Shown here piece after piece: positions 37,069-46,000 of a stretch of DNA of 64,000 nucleotides. Below the pieces are notes generated by a model. The model did no database searches. It saw only the letters and a list, made by a program, of their open reading frames with translations, and was not told the origin of the DNA. This DNA comes from Mycobacteriales bacterium (GTDB taxonomy: Bacteria; Actinomycetota; Actinomycetes; Mycobacteriales; Pseudonocardiaceae), in assembly GCA_038231335.1 (NCBI GenBank), contig JBBRLM010000010.1:52580-116579 (forward strand), written 5' to 3'. Made by a program: the position numbers and the translations under genes. Every line of letters starts with the position of its first letter. The first letter of the stretch is position 1.

Positions 37069-37569
37069 ATGGTGGACATGACGAGCTCGGCGTTCGGGTT
37101 CAGCGCGCCTGTCGTCGCCGTCCCCGAGTCGTGGCGCCTCCGGCTCCGCCAGGCCCACCCGTTCGCCGCCCAGGCGGCCCGCTACACGATCGTCGGTGCG
37201 CTCGGCACAGCCGCCAACGCCGTGATCTTCCTGGCCCTGCGCACCTGGTGGGAGGCCCTCGCGGCCAACCTCGCGGCGCTGGTGCTGAGCACGCTGCTGA
37301 GCACCGAGGTCAACCGCCGGTTCACCTTCCAGGGTGCCGCATCGGCCCACCGGTGGCGCACCTCCGTGCAGAACGGCGGCACGGTCGTCTTCTACGCGTT
37401 CTACAGCTCCGCGGTCCTGATCAGCCTGGCGCTGGTGGTCGACGATCCCAGCCCGTGGCTGCAGTCGGTGGCTGTGGCGGCCGCGAGCGTGATCGGCGGA
37501 GCGGCCCGCTTCCTGCTGCTGCGCTACTGGGTGTTCGACGGTGCGCCCGGCAACGGCGCGGGCGCCTGA
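37069..37569 (+). CDS. GtrA-family membrane protein
   Basis: ARYTIVGALGT, NRRFTF, RFLLLRYWVF; AGGAGG RBS. Confidence 0.85.
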   Translation: MVDMTSSAFGFSAPVVAVPESWRLRLRQAHPFAAQAARYTIVGALGTAANAVIFLALRTWWEALAANLAALVLSTLLSTEVNRRFTFQGAASAHRWRTSVQNGGTVVFYAFYSSAVLISLALVVDDPSPWLQSVAVAAASVIGGAARFLLLRYWVFDGAPGNGAGA

Positions 37570-37760
37570 CGCTCGTCGCGCACCTGGATCTCTATCCGTG
37601 CGTCGAGCGCGGCGGGGTGCCACATCTCGTCGAACACGCCCATGATCGAGTAGCCGCCCGCGGCACCGCGCCGGCGCACGCGTAACGCCAGCCCCACCAG
37701 TCCGCCCAGCACGACGACGACGGTGGCCGCCGTCAGCAGGACCGCCAGCGCGTCACCCAC
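37524..37760 (-). CDS. 78-aa single-pass membrane protein
   Basis: TM then RVRRRG..MGVFDEMWHPAA; start overlaps upstream stop (GTGGGTGA). Confidence 0.7.
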   Translation of the reverse strand: MGDALAVLLTAATVVVVLGGLVGLALRVRRRGAAGGYSIMGVFDEMWHPAALDARIEIQVRDERQAPAPLPGAPSNTQ

Positions 37761-38910
37761 TCCACAACTGTGCCAGCGCCGCAGCGCGTTCGCGACGGTC
37801 CAGGCCGCGCAGGTCCGCCGAGCCGTGCTCGGTGACCACCACGTCCACGTCGTGCGACGCGGTGGTGACCGGCCGTGACAGCCTCTCCACCAGCGTCGAC
37901 GAGCCTCGGTGGCCCGACGCCACGGCCACCACCGACAGCCCGTGCAGCGACCGCGCTCCGGCCGCCGCGTAGTCGGGGTGCCCACCGACGCCGCCCACCA
38001 CCGCCGTGGCCGTCCCCTCGACGTTCACCTGCCCGGCCGTGTCGATCTCCACCGCGGTGTTCACGGCGATGAGCGGCGACGGGTCGTCGGAGCACAGGCG
38101 GCTCGGGTCGTGGGTGACCTCCAACGGGTGCAGCAGCGGGCGCCCGTCGGCCCAGCCGTAGAGCCGTTTCGTGCCCACCATGTACGCGCCGAACGCGCTG
38201 ATCAGGAGGCCGCGCGCGTCGAGGTCGACGACCGACTCGGGCAGCAACCCGGAGTCGACGCGCACCGGCACCTCGATCGCGTCGAGCACGGCGGCGCCCA
38301 GCCGGCCCGGTCCGACCTGCACGCGGGCGCCCTCGGGCACCCACCGCGCGACGTGGGTGGCGATGCGGCGGTCGATCTCGCCCGGTGCGGAGAACGCCAC
38401 CACGCGCGGGGCGTCGTCGGTCTCGCCGAGCACGGTGATCGCGTCCTCGGGCAGCGGCGGGCCGGCGTCGGAGTGCGGCGCGGTCCGCGAGACGACCGCG
38501 GCCACCGGGACCCCGGCGAGCACGGCCCCGCGCATCCACGACACCTCCGCGCCGAAGCGCAGCCCGTCCGGGGTGCGGACGAGTGAGGCGAGCAGAAGAT
38601 CGGGTCGCAGCGGCCCGGCCAGCAGCGACGGCACCGCCGACAGCCGGGTCGGCACCGACCGCACCGCCCCGGCGTCGACGGGCTTGCGCAGCCCCCAGCC
38701 CGACATCACCGTGCGGGCGTCGGCGAACGCGGAGCCGTCGAGGTCGGGTTCGGCGTGCGGCGTCCAGCCCAGGACGAGGCGCAGGTCGCCGTGGTGCGCG
38801 GCGATCCGCGTCAGCTCGGGGAACAGGGCACGCGGGGTGCCCGTCCCGTCGGCCACCGCGATACGCATTCCCGGGCGGATCAGGTCGTCGAGTGCGGGCA
38901 CGGCTCTCAC
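37753..38910 (-). CDS. Acetyl-CoA hydrolase/transferase family protein
   Basis: QVGPG, NTAVEIDTAGQVNVE, GGVGGHPDY, VDVVVTEHG. Confidence 0.88.
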   Translation of the reverse strand: MRAVPALDDLIRPGMRIAVADGTGTPRALFPELTRIAAHHGDLRLVLGWTPHAEPDLDGSAFADARTVMSGWGLRKPVDAGAVRSVPTRLSAVPSLLAGPLRPDLLLASLVRTPDGLRFGAEVSWMRGAVLAGVPVAAVVSRTAPHSDAGPPLPEDAITVLGETDDAPRVVAFSAPGEIDRRIATHVARWVPEGARVQVGPGRLGAAVLDAIEVPVRVDSGLLPESVVDLDARGLLISAFGAYMVGTKRLYGWADGRPLLHPLEVTHDPSRLCSDDPSPLIAVNTAVEIDTAGQVNVEGTATAVVGGVGGHPDYAAAGARSLHGLSVVAVASGHRGSSTLVERLSRPVTTASHDVDVVVTEHGSADLRGLDRRERAAALAQLWSG

Positions 38911-38924
38911 AGTAGGTTCCGGAT

Positions 38925-39902
38925 GTGACCACCTTCGAACGTGAACCTGTCGCGCTCGACGAGCGGATCACCGCCGACGGCTCGTCGCGGTGGCCCGTCG
39001 AGGCCGGCCGCTACCGGCTCGTCGTCGCGCGGGCGTGCCCGTGGGCCAACCGGGCGGTGATCGTCCGACGGCTGCTGGGCCTGGAGCCGTCGATCTCGAT
39101 GGGGATCGCGGGCCCGCTGCACGACGAGCGCAGCTGGCGCTTCCATCTCGACCCCGACAACCGGGATCCGGTGCTGGGCATCGAGTACCTGGGCGAGGCC
39201 TACCGCGTCGCCGACCCCGACTTCGACGCCGGCATCACGGTGCCCGCGATGGTGGATCTGACGACCGGCGGCGTGGCCACCAACGGCTTCCAGCAGCTCA
39301 CCCTCGACTTCTCCACGCAGTGGACGGCGTTGCACCGCGAAGGCGCGCCCGACCTCTACCCCGAGGCACGGCGCGACGAGATCGACGCGGTGAACGCCGA
39401 GGTCTACGAGGATCTGAACAACGGCGTCTACAAGTGCGGGTTCGCCGGCAGCCAGGCGTCCTACGAGCGGGCCTACGCGGCGCTGTTCGCGCGGCTCGAT
39501 GCGCTGTCGGAACGGCTCGCCACCCGGCGGTATCTCGTGGGAGACGCGATCACCGAGGCCGACATCCGGCTGTGGGTCACGCTCGTGCGGTTCGACGCCG
39601 CGTACCACGGCCACTTCAAGGCGAACCGCCAGAAGCTCACCGAGATGCCGGTGCTGTGGGCGTACTCGCGTGACCTGTTCCAGACGGCCGGCTTCGGCGA
39701 CACCATCGACTTCCAGCAGATCAAGCAGCACTACTACGGCGTGCACCTCTCGATCAATCCGACGGGGATCGTGCCGGTCGGCCCGGACGTGTCGGGGTGG
39801 CTGACACCACACGGGCGCGAGGAGCTCGGCGGTCGCCCGTTCGGCGACGGCACCCCGCCCGGCCCGCCGCCTTCGGGTGAACGGGTACCGGACATCCGAT
39901 GA
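38925..39902 (+). CDS. Glutathionyl-hydroquinone reductase (YqjG/PcpF, omega-like GST)
   Basis: RYRLVVARACPWANR, TVP, NNGVYKCGFA, TLVRFDAAY, HYY. Confidence 0.9.
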   Translation: MTTFEREPVALDERITADGSSRWPVEAGRYRLVVARACPWANRAVIVRRLLGLEPSISMGIAGPLHDERSWRFHLDPDNRDPVLGIEYLGEAYRVADPDFDAGITVPAMVDLTTGGVATNGFQQLTLDFSTQWTALHREGAPDLYPEARRDEIDAVNAEVYEDLNNGVYKCGFAGSQASYERAYAALFARLDALSERLATRRYLVGDAITEADIRLWVTLVRFDAAYHGHFKANRQKLTEMPVLWAYSRDLFQTAGFGDTIDFQQIKQHYYGVHLSINPTGIVPVGPDVSGWLTPHGREELGGRPFGDGTPPGPPPSGERVPDIR

Positions 39903-40489
39903 GTGACGGGCCCGACCTGGACGGCGTGCTGGAGGCCGTCGGCCCGCGCCTGCGCGCCCTGCGCCGGCAACGCGGAGCCACGCTGGCGGAGCTGTCGGAG
40001 TCCACCGGGATCTCGGTGAGCACCCTGTCGCGGCTGGAGTCCGGCCAGCGCCGCCCCACCCTCGAGCTGCTGCTGCCACTGGCTCGCGCCCACCAGGTGC
40101 AGCTCGACGAGCTGGTGGACGCCCCCGCCACCGGCGATCCCCGCATCCACGCCCGCCCGTTCCAGCGGGGTGGCTCGACGTTCATCCCCATGACCCGTCG
40201 CCCGGGCGGGGTGCAGGCGTACAAACAGATCATCCCGCCGCACTGGCCGCGCGGGGAGCCCGACCTGCGGGTGCACGAGGGCTACGACTGGTTCTACGTG
40301 CTCTCGGGCCGGATCAGGCTGCTACTCGGCGAGCACGACATCGTGCTCAAACCGGGGGAGGTGGCGGAGTTCGACACCCACACCCCGCACTGGATCGGCA
40401 ACCCGGGCCCCGAGCCGGCCGAGGTCCTGAGCCTGTTCGGCCCGCAGGGGGAACGCCTGCATGTCCGGGCGCAACCGTCCCCCGGCTGA
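39899..40489 (+). CDS. XRE-family regulator with cupin domain
   Basis: GISVSTLSRLESGQRRPTL; HEGYDW..VLSG; FDTHTPH. Confidence 0.92.
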   Translation: MSDGPDLDGVLEAVGPRLRALRRQRGATLAELSESTGISVSTLSRLESGQRRPTLELLLPLARAHQVQLDELVDAPATGDPRIHARPFQRGGSTFIPMTRRPGGVQAYKQIIPPHWPRGEPDLRVHEGYDWFYVLSGRIRLLLGEHDIVLKPGEVAEFDTHTPHWIGNPGPEPAEVLSLFGPQGERLHVRAQPSPG

Positions 40490-40523
40490 CGCGGGAGCGG
40501 GCCAGGGCGGATGATGGTCGGCG

Positions 40524-41750
40524 ATGTCGTTCACCAGTGGAACCGTCCGATCGCGTCGCAGCCGCTCCGCCGTGCCGTTGCTGGGTGGGCTCGTCGTCGG
40601 GATGCTGGGCAGCCTGCTGGTGGCCCCGGCATCGGCGGCCGTCCCGGTGCCCGCCGCCGCGCCGACATCGGCGCCTGCAGCCGCCCCGGAGCTGACCGGC
40701 CTCGCTCTCGGAGCCGACCGCCTGCCCGACTGCAGTGCGGCCGTCGCCGCGATGACCCCACGGGCCCGGCTGGCGCAGCGCCTCATGGTCGGGGTGCAGG
40801 GCGACGACCCCGCCGGCACCGCCTCGACCGTCCGCGACACCCAGGTCGGCGGCATTTTCATCGGCGGCAACGCCACCCCGCTGCTGCGCAACCAGTCCCT
40901 GCGCGGGGTACAGGCCGCGTCGCGTGTGCCGCTGGCCGTCGCCGTCGACGACGAGGGCGGTCGTGTCCAGCGCATCGACGCCCTCGACGGCGAGCTGCCC
41001 AGCGCACGCACGCTCGCCGCCACCAAGACGCCGCTCGAGGTGCGCGACATCGCCCGCGAGCGCGCGAAGAAGCTCGTGGCCCGTGGCATCACGATGAACA
41101 TGGCCCCCGACGTCGACGTCAGCGACCAGCCCGCCGACGACGTGATCGGTGACCGCTCCTTCAGCAACAACCCCGACACCGTCGCCACGTACGCCATCGC
41201 CTACGCCCTCGGGCAGCGCGAGGCGGGGATCTTCACGGTCCTCAAGCACTTCCCCGGCCACGGGCACGCCAGCGGCGATTCCCACAAGGGCCGCGTCACC
41301 ACCCCGCCGCTGGCGCAGCTGAAGGCCGACGACCTGAAGCCCTACGCCACCCTGCTGGGCGACGGCGGCCCGCTCGCGGACAACAGCGGCCGCGGCCGCA
41401 CCGCGGTGATGGTGGGCCACCTCGACGTCCCCGACCTCACCACGGACCTCCCCAGCTCCCTGACCCCCGCGGTCTACCAGCTGCTCCGCAAGGACTACGG
41501 CTTCGACGGCCTGGTCATCACCGACGACCTGGGCGCGATGAAGGCGATCACCGACGAGTTCACGCTGCCCATCGCCGTGCAGCGGGCCCTGGAGGCCGGC
41601 GCCGACATGGCCCTGTGGACCAGCGGCGACAAGGTCACCCCCGTCCTCGACGCCCTGCAGCAGGCTCTGACCAGCGGCAAGCTGGATGCGGCGGCGAACG
41701 ACAAGGCGGTAACCCGCATCCTGGCCGCGAAAGGCCTCTGCACCCGCTGA
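40524..41750 (+). CDS. Secreted GH3 beta-N-acetylhexosaminidase (NagZ/LpqI-like)
   Basis: Signal peptide; DDEGGRVQR, KHFPGHG..DSH, TDDL. Confidence 0.9.
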   Translation: MSFTSGTVRSRRSRSAVPLLGGLVVGMLGSLLVAPASAAVPVPAAAPTSAPAAAPELTGLALGADRLPDCSAAVAAMTPRARLAQRLMVGVQGDDPAGTASTVRDTQVGGIFIGGNATPLLRNQSLRGVQAASRVPLAVAVDDEGGRVQRIDALDGELPSARTLAATKTPLEVRDIARERAKKLVARGITMNMAPDVDVSDQPADDVIGDRSFSNNPDTVATYAIAYALGQREAGIFTVLKHFPGHGHASGDSHKGRVTTPPLAQLKADDLKPYATLLGDGGPLADNSGRGRTAVMVGHLDVPDLTTDLPSSLTPAVYQLLRKDYGFDGLVITDDLGAMKAITDEFTLPIAVQRALEAGADMALWTSGDKVTPVLDALQQALTSGKLDAAANDKAVTRILAAKGLCTR

Positions 41751-41759
41751 CCCCGGATC

Positions 41760-41894
41760 CGCGCGCCGATTGTGCATCCGCGCGCGTAGCGACACGCGCG
41801 AACGCGAGTTATGCGCGCGAACAGGTCGTGACGCGCGCGTTCCGGCCCGGCGCGCGCGTCCCAACGCGCGCGCAGCGCCCACAATGCGCGCGCG
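41760..41894. repeat. CGCG-rich imperfect palindrome
   Basis: cgcgcgccgattgtg...cacaatgcgcgcgcg arms; about 8 (CG)n tracts. Confidence 0.65.
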
Positions 41895-41897
41895 AGT

Positions 41898-42057
41898 CCT
41901 CGTTGATGGCAGTACAGCAGCAAAACAGCCCCCGGCCGGCCCCTTTTCTGCTGCACCGCCATCAACGAGGCGCGGCCGCGAGTCTTACGCCAGCGCCCCT
42001 GGCAGTGCAGCAGCACAACAGCCCCGATCGGTCCCTTTTCCTGCTGTACCGCCAGGG
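41898..42057. repeat. Two related hairpin units
   Basis: 41898-41970 (13-bp perfect stem) and 41997-42057 share tggcagtRcagcagcaMaacagcccc...ccttttc.tgctgYaccgcca. Confidence 0.8.
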
Positions 42058-42323
42058 ATGTCGGTGGCCGGCTTGGGCAACAGACGAGTAGTGGCTCACG
42101 CGGCCAGCCCTACCGGACCCTGGTCCCCCAGCCACCCACGCATTCCTCCGCTCCCAGCGCCGTCCCGGCCGTCATCCCGTTGCGGGCAGGACAACAGCAC
42201 CACACGTCAGTCCCCATGGACGGGACGGGAGAGCACCCGCGCCAGACCCGGTAGGGCAGGTCGGGGACGGCCGCCAGGTCCCCACGCTCATCCACTCGTC
42301 GCGCCACACCCACCCCCTGGAAA

Positions 42324-42346
42324 GCGAACACATGTTCGAGTAGAAT
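42324..42346 (+). promoter_or_regulatory. LexA box plus TAGAAT -10 of the DUF222 remnant
   Basis: GCGAAC-ACAT-GTTCGA (42324-39), then TAGAAT (42341-46), GTG 7 nt later. Confidence 0.8.
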
Positions 42347-42353
42347 CGGGGAC

Positions 42354-43002
42354 GTGGTGGACGAATAGTGGAACGCAGCCGACAACGAGCTGCTGCACGC
42401 CCTCTCCGCATCGCAACAACGCGTGAACGCCGCCCACCGGGACATGCTGGAACTCGTCGCCGAAGTGGCTGCCCGACAACTCGGCGGAGCACACGGCTTC
42501 TCCACCGACATCGATCTGCTGCGCTGCACCCAGAACGTCACCAAGGCCGAGGCCCGGCGCCGGATCATCGCCGCCCGCGACGTGCTCCCAGGCCGCACCG
42601 TCACCGGGGAGGCCCTCCCGGCCGCGTTGCCGGCCACTGCTGCCGTGGTCGCCGAGGATGCGATCTCCCTCGAGCACGTCACCGTCATCTCCCGGGTGCT
42701 GGCCGGGCTCGCGCCGTACCTGGAGTGCCACCGCGCTGAGCTGGAGACCTACCTGGCCGCGCAGGCCCGCACCTTCGACCCGCACGAGCTGCGCACGCTG
42801 GGGCGCGCTGATCAACCTGGTCCTGCTGTGCGGACACCACCACACCGTGCTCCACCGCGGCGAGTGGTCGGTGACCATGGTTGATGATCACCCGCTGTTC
42901 CATCCACCACCCTGGATACCCGGTGGACCCCGCCGGAACGCGGTCCACCGCATCGACCTCGTCAGTCACCCGCCTTCGCCATCCCGCGCCGCACGGCGCT
43001 GA
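42354..43002 (+). pseudogene. DUF222/HNH (13E12-repeat family) remnant
   Basis: TAG at codon 5; DUF222-like N-terminal part jumps near 42805, with a frame change, to HNH tail NLVLLCGHHHTVLHRGEW. Confidence 0.85.
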
Positions 43003-46000
43003 TCAGGTACGGCCGCAGTCTCGTCGGGGGCACGATCTCGTCCACCGAGCCCACGCTCTGGGCGCGCTGGATGCTGTGCTTGGTGTCGAACTCCTCCGCC
43101 ACCTGGCCCAGCTTCTCCGACCGCACTCCTGGCCGCACGGCTGCCAGCTCCGCCGTGAGCCGGGCCGCTTCGGTCTCCGCCCCGGCCTGCCGCGTCTCGG
43201 CGATGCGCGCCTCCAGGTCGGCGATGCGGGAGTCGCCCGCGGTGCGCTTGTTGACCTCACCGGCGAACACGACGGCCGCAGCGGGGGCGCCGCCGAGCAC
43301 CGACGCGTAGGAGCCCTCGACGGCGGCGATCTCCATGTTGTCGTTCAACGTTCCGGAGAACACGACGAACGCGCCGCCGTGATAGCGGCTGACCACGCAG
43401 AACACGATGGGGCCGTCGAAGTTCACCACCGCCCGCCCGATCTCGGCGCCGTACTCCAGCTGCAGCGAACGCAGCGACTCCGGGGAGCCGTCGAAGCCCG
43501 ACAGGTTGGCCAGCACCACCAGCGGACGGTTGCCGCTGGCGGCGTTGATCGCCCGCGCCGTCTTCTTCGACGACCGGGGGAACAGCGTGCCCGCGGTGAA
43601 CGTCGTCGGCCCGTCGACGGGCACGCGGCCGCGGCGGGGGAGCGGCCGGGACTCGATGCCCAGCAGTGCCACCGGCTGCCCGCCCAGGTGCGCGTCCAGC
43701 ACCACCACACCCTCGGCGTCGATCATGTCGACCCAGCGCTCCAGCGTGGGGTGGTCGGCGTCGGCCACCGACCGCAGCACCGACCGGATGTCGAACGGCT
43801 TCTTGCGGCCCGGGTTGGCCGTGAAGACCTCGCCGACGGTGGCGAAGTCGCAGCCGGCCCCCGAGTGCGGCGAGTCGGAGATGTCGCGCTCCACCGGGTC
43901 GACGCTCGGCGCCGGCCGCGGGAACCGCTCGCCGGGCGCGCGGTAGGTGTGGGCGTAGTGGGTGAGCAGGAGGTCCACCGCGGCCGACAGGTCGGGCGCC
44001 CAGTACTGCGCCTGGCCGTTCGGGCCCATGATGCGGTCGTAGCCGCCGATGCCGAAGTTGTCCTCGGCGCTGACGCCGCCGGAGTAGTCGAGCGACTGCT
44101 TCCCGGTGAGCACCATCGTGCTCTCCGGCGTCATCACGAGGATGCCCTTGGTGTGCATCAGCATCGTGGCCTCGGCGTTCCAGTACGGCTGGGCGCCCAC
44201 GTTGATGCCCGTCACGATGACGTTGATCTCGCCGCCGTCCTGGGTGAACTCGATGATCGCCCGCAGCACGCGCGAGATCCAGTCCATGTTCTCGGTGCCG
44301 GAGCCCATCGCGATCTTCGCGCCCGCCGAGACGGCGAACCACTCGATCGGTGCGTTCAGCTGCCGGGCCAGCTCGACGGCGGCCACGACGCGACGGCACT
44401 CGGCCTCGGCCAGTGCGCCCAGCGCCCGGGTCGGGTCACCGAGCAGGACGACGCGCGTCATGCCCTCGGGGTAGCGCGTGGTCTTCGTGGTGACGGTGCC
44501 CAGCACGATGCTGGCGGTGTTGCCACCGGGCGCGCGGTCGACCGGCACAGGGGCGAACGAGTCGTCCAGGTCGTACTCGGTGAACACACCTGCGGGGCCG
44601 CCGCGGTCGGGGTTCCGAGTGATCATCGGGACCAGCTCGAACGGGTACACCGCCCCGCGACGACGGGCCCGGATCACCTTCTGCGTGTAGGCGTCGAGCT
44701 CGCGCATGGGCTCGGTCGGCGGCTCGGTGACCCGCACGGTGAGCCCGGCGCCCGGCGGCCGCGACATCCGCAGCATGTACTCCTGCGGTTCGGCCGCGGG
44801 ATCGGTGACGTGCCGGAACTGCACGATCACCTGCTCGAGGCCCAACGCCTCCGACCGCGGCGCGAGCACCCGGACGACGGAGTCGAGCTCCTCGAACGCC
44901 ACGTCGACGACGGGCCAGACGTAGAGCAGGACGCGGTTCCAGTCGAGTTTCGCATCACCGCGGTCGGTCGCGCGGGCGGAGCGCAGGGCGTCGAGGCAGG
45001 AATCGAGCACATGTTCCAGCTGGGGGAGGGCGCGGATACGGCCGCCGCGTGCAGCGTCAGCGGAGCGCGCATCAGCGCTGTCGTCGCGCAGGATCGTCAG
45101 GTCGCGGACGTCGGAGAGCACGATGAGCCGCTTGTCGTCGGCCGACTCCTTGCCCACCGCCCGGAACAGGTGGACGTCGATGGGCGAGGGCAGGCGGGTC
45201 AGCTCGAAGCCCGAGAGCCGCCACAACCCGAGCCGCTCGGCGACCATCGGGTGCAGGCCACGCAGGGTCTTGTCCTCGACGGGCCTGCGGTCCGGCCCGG
45301 CGCGGAACGTGAACCAGGCCGACCGCTCGTCCCCGGCCGGGCGCCGCACCGCGACCGCGACGCGCGCGAGCCGGTCGGGCATCCGGCCGAGCAGGGCGCG
45401 GATCTTCTCGGCGGAGCGCTCCGGGTCGGCGTCGGGTGCCTCGCCGGCGATCACGTAGAGGTCCAGCAGCGCGCTGGCGCCCGCGGGGAGCTGGGTGATG
45501 AGGCGGCGCAGGTCGCCCTGCACGGCCATCGGGTCGCCGCCCGTGGGGGCGTCGGGCGCCGTGTGCACGGTGGTGGCCAGCACGACGTGCTGACGCCCGT
45601 CCTGGTCGTAGTGGGCGGTGAGCAGCGGGCGGCCGCCGCGGTCCTGCAGAGCGACGTCGGTGAGCGGGCGCACCCGGTAGTAGCGCCGCGTCATGACCTC
45701 CAGCATCGCGGCCTGGTGGTCGTCACCGAACACGCCGAGGATGGGCTCGGCCGCCGAGACGATCCGGTCGATCTGGCGGGCCCGCTCGCCCGGTTCGTCG
45801 GAGAGCCGGTCGAGCTCGGCCCGCACCTCGGCCTGGCCGGCGGCCCGCTCGGCGTCGAGCAGCGGGGCGTCGAAGCAGGTGTAGCGCACCCGCCGGGCCA
45901 GGCCGCCGACGACCGGATGCCGCAGCTGGGTGGCGGTCACGAGCTGGTCGAGCACCCGCTGGTACTCCTCGCGCCCGTCCCCGAGCGATGTGGTCTCCGG

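Noticed and set aside
42060-42320. ORFs in the spacer before the DUF222 remnant (42172-42492, 42110-42688)
   Set aside because: No RBS, motifs or coding-like codon bias; probably decayed non-coding sequence
45003-45018. LexA-like TCGAGC-ACAT-GTTCCA
   Set aside because: Two mismatches, deep inside the carboxylase CDS, no promoter context
45040-45085. SADAR/SADAA short duplication in the carboxylase
   Set aside because: Small in-frame loop expansion with no evident functional signal
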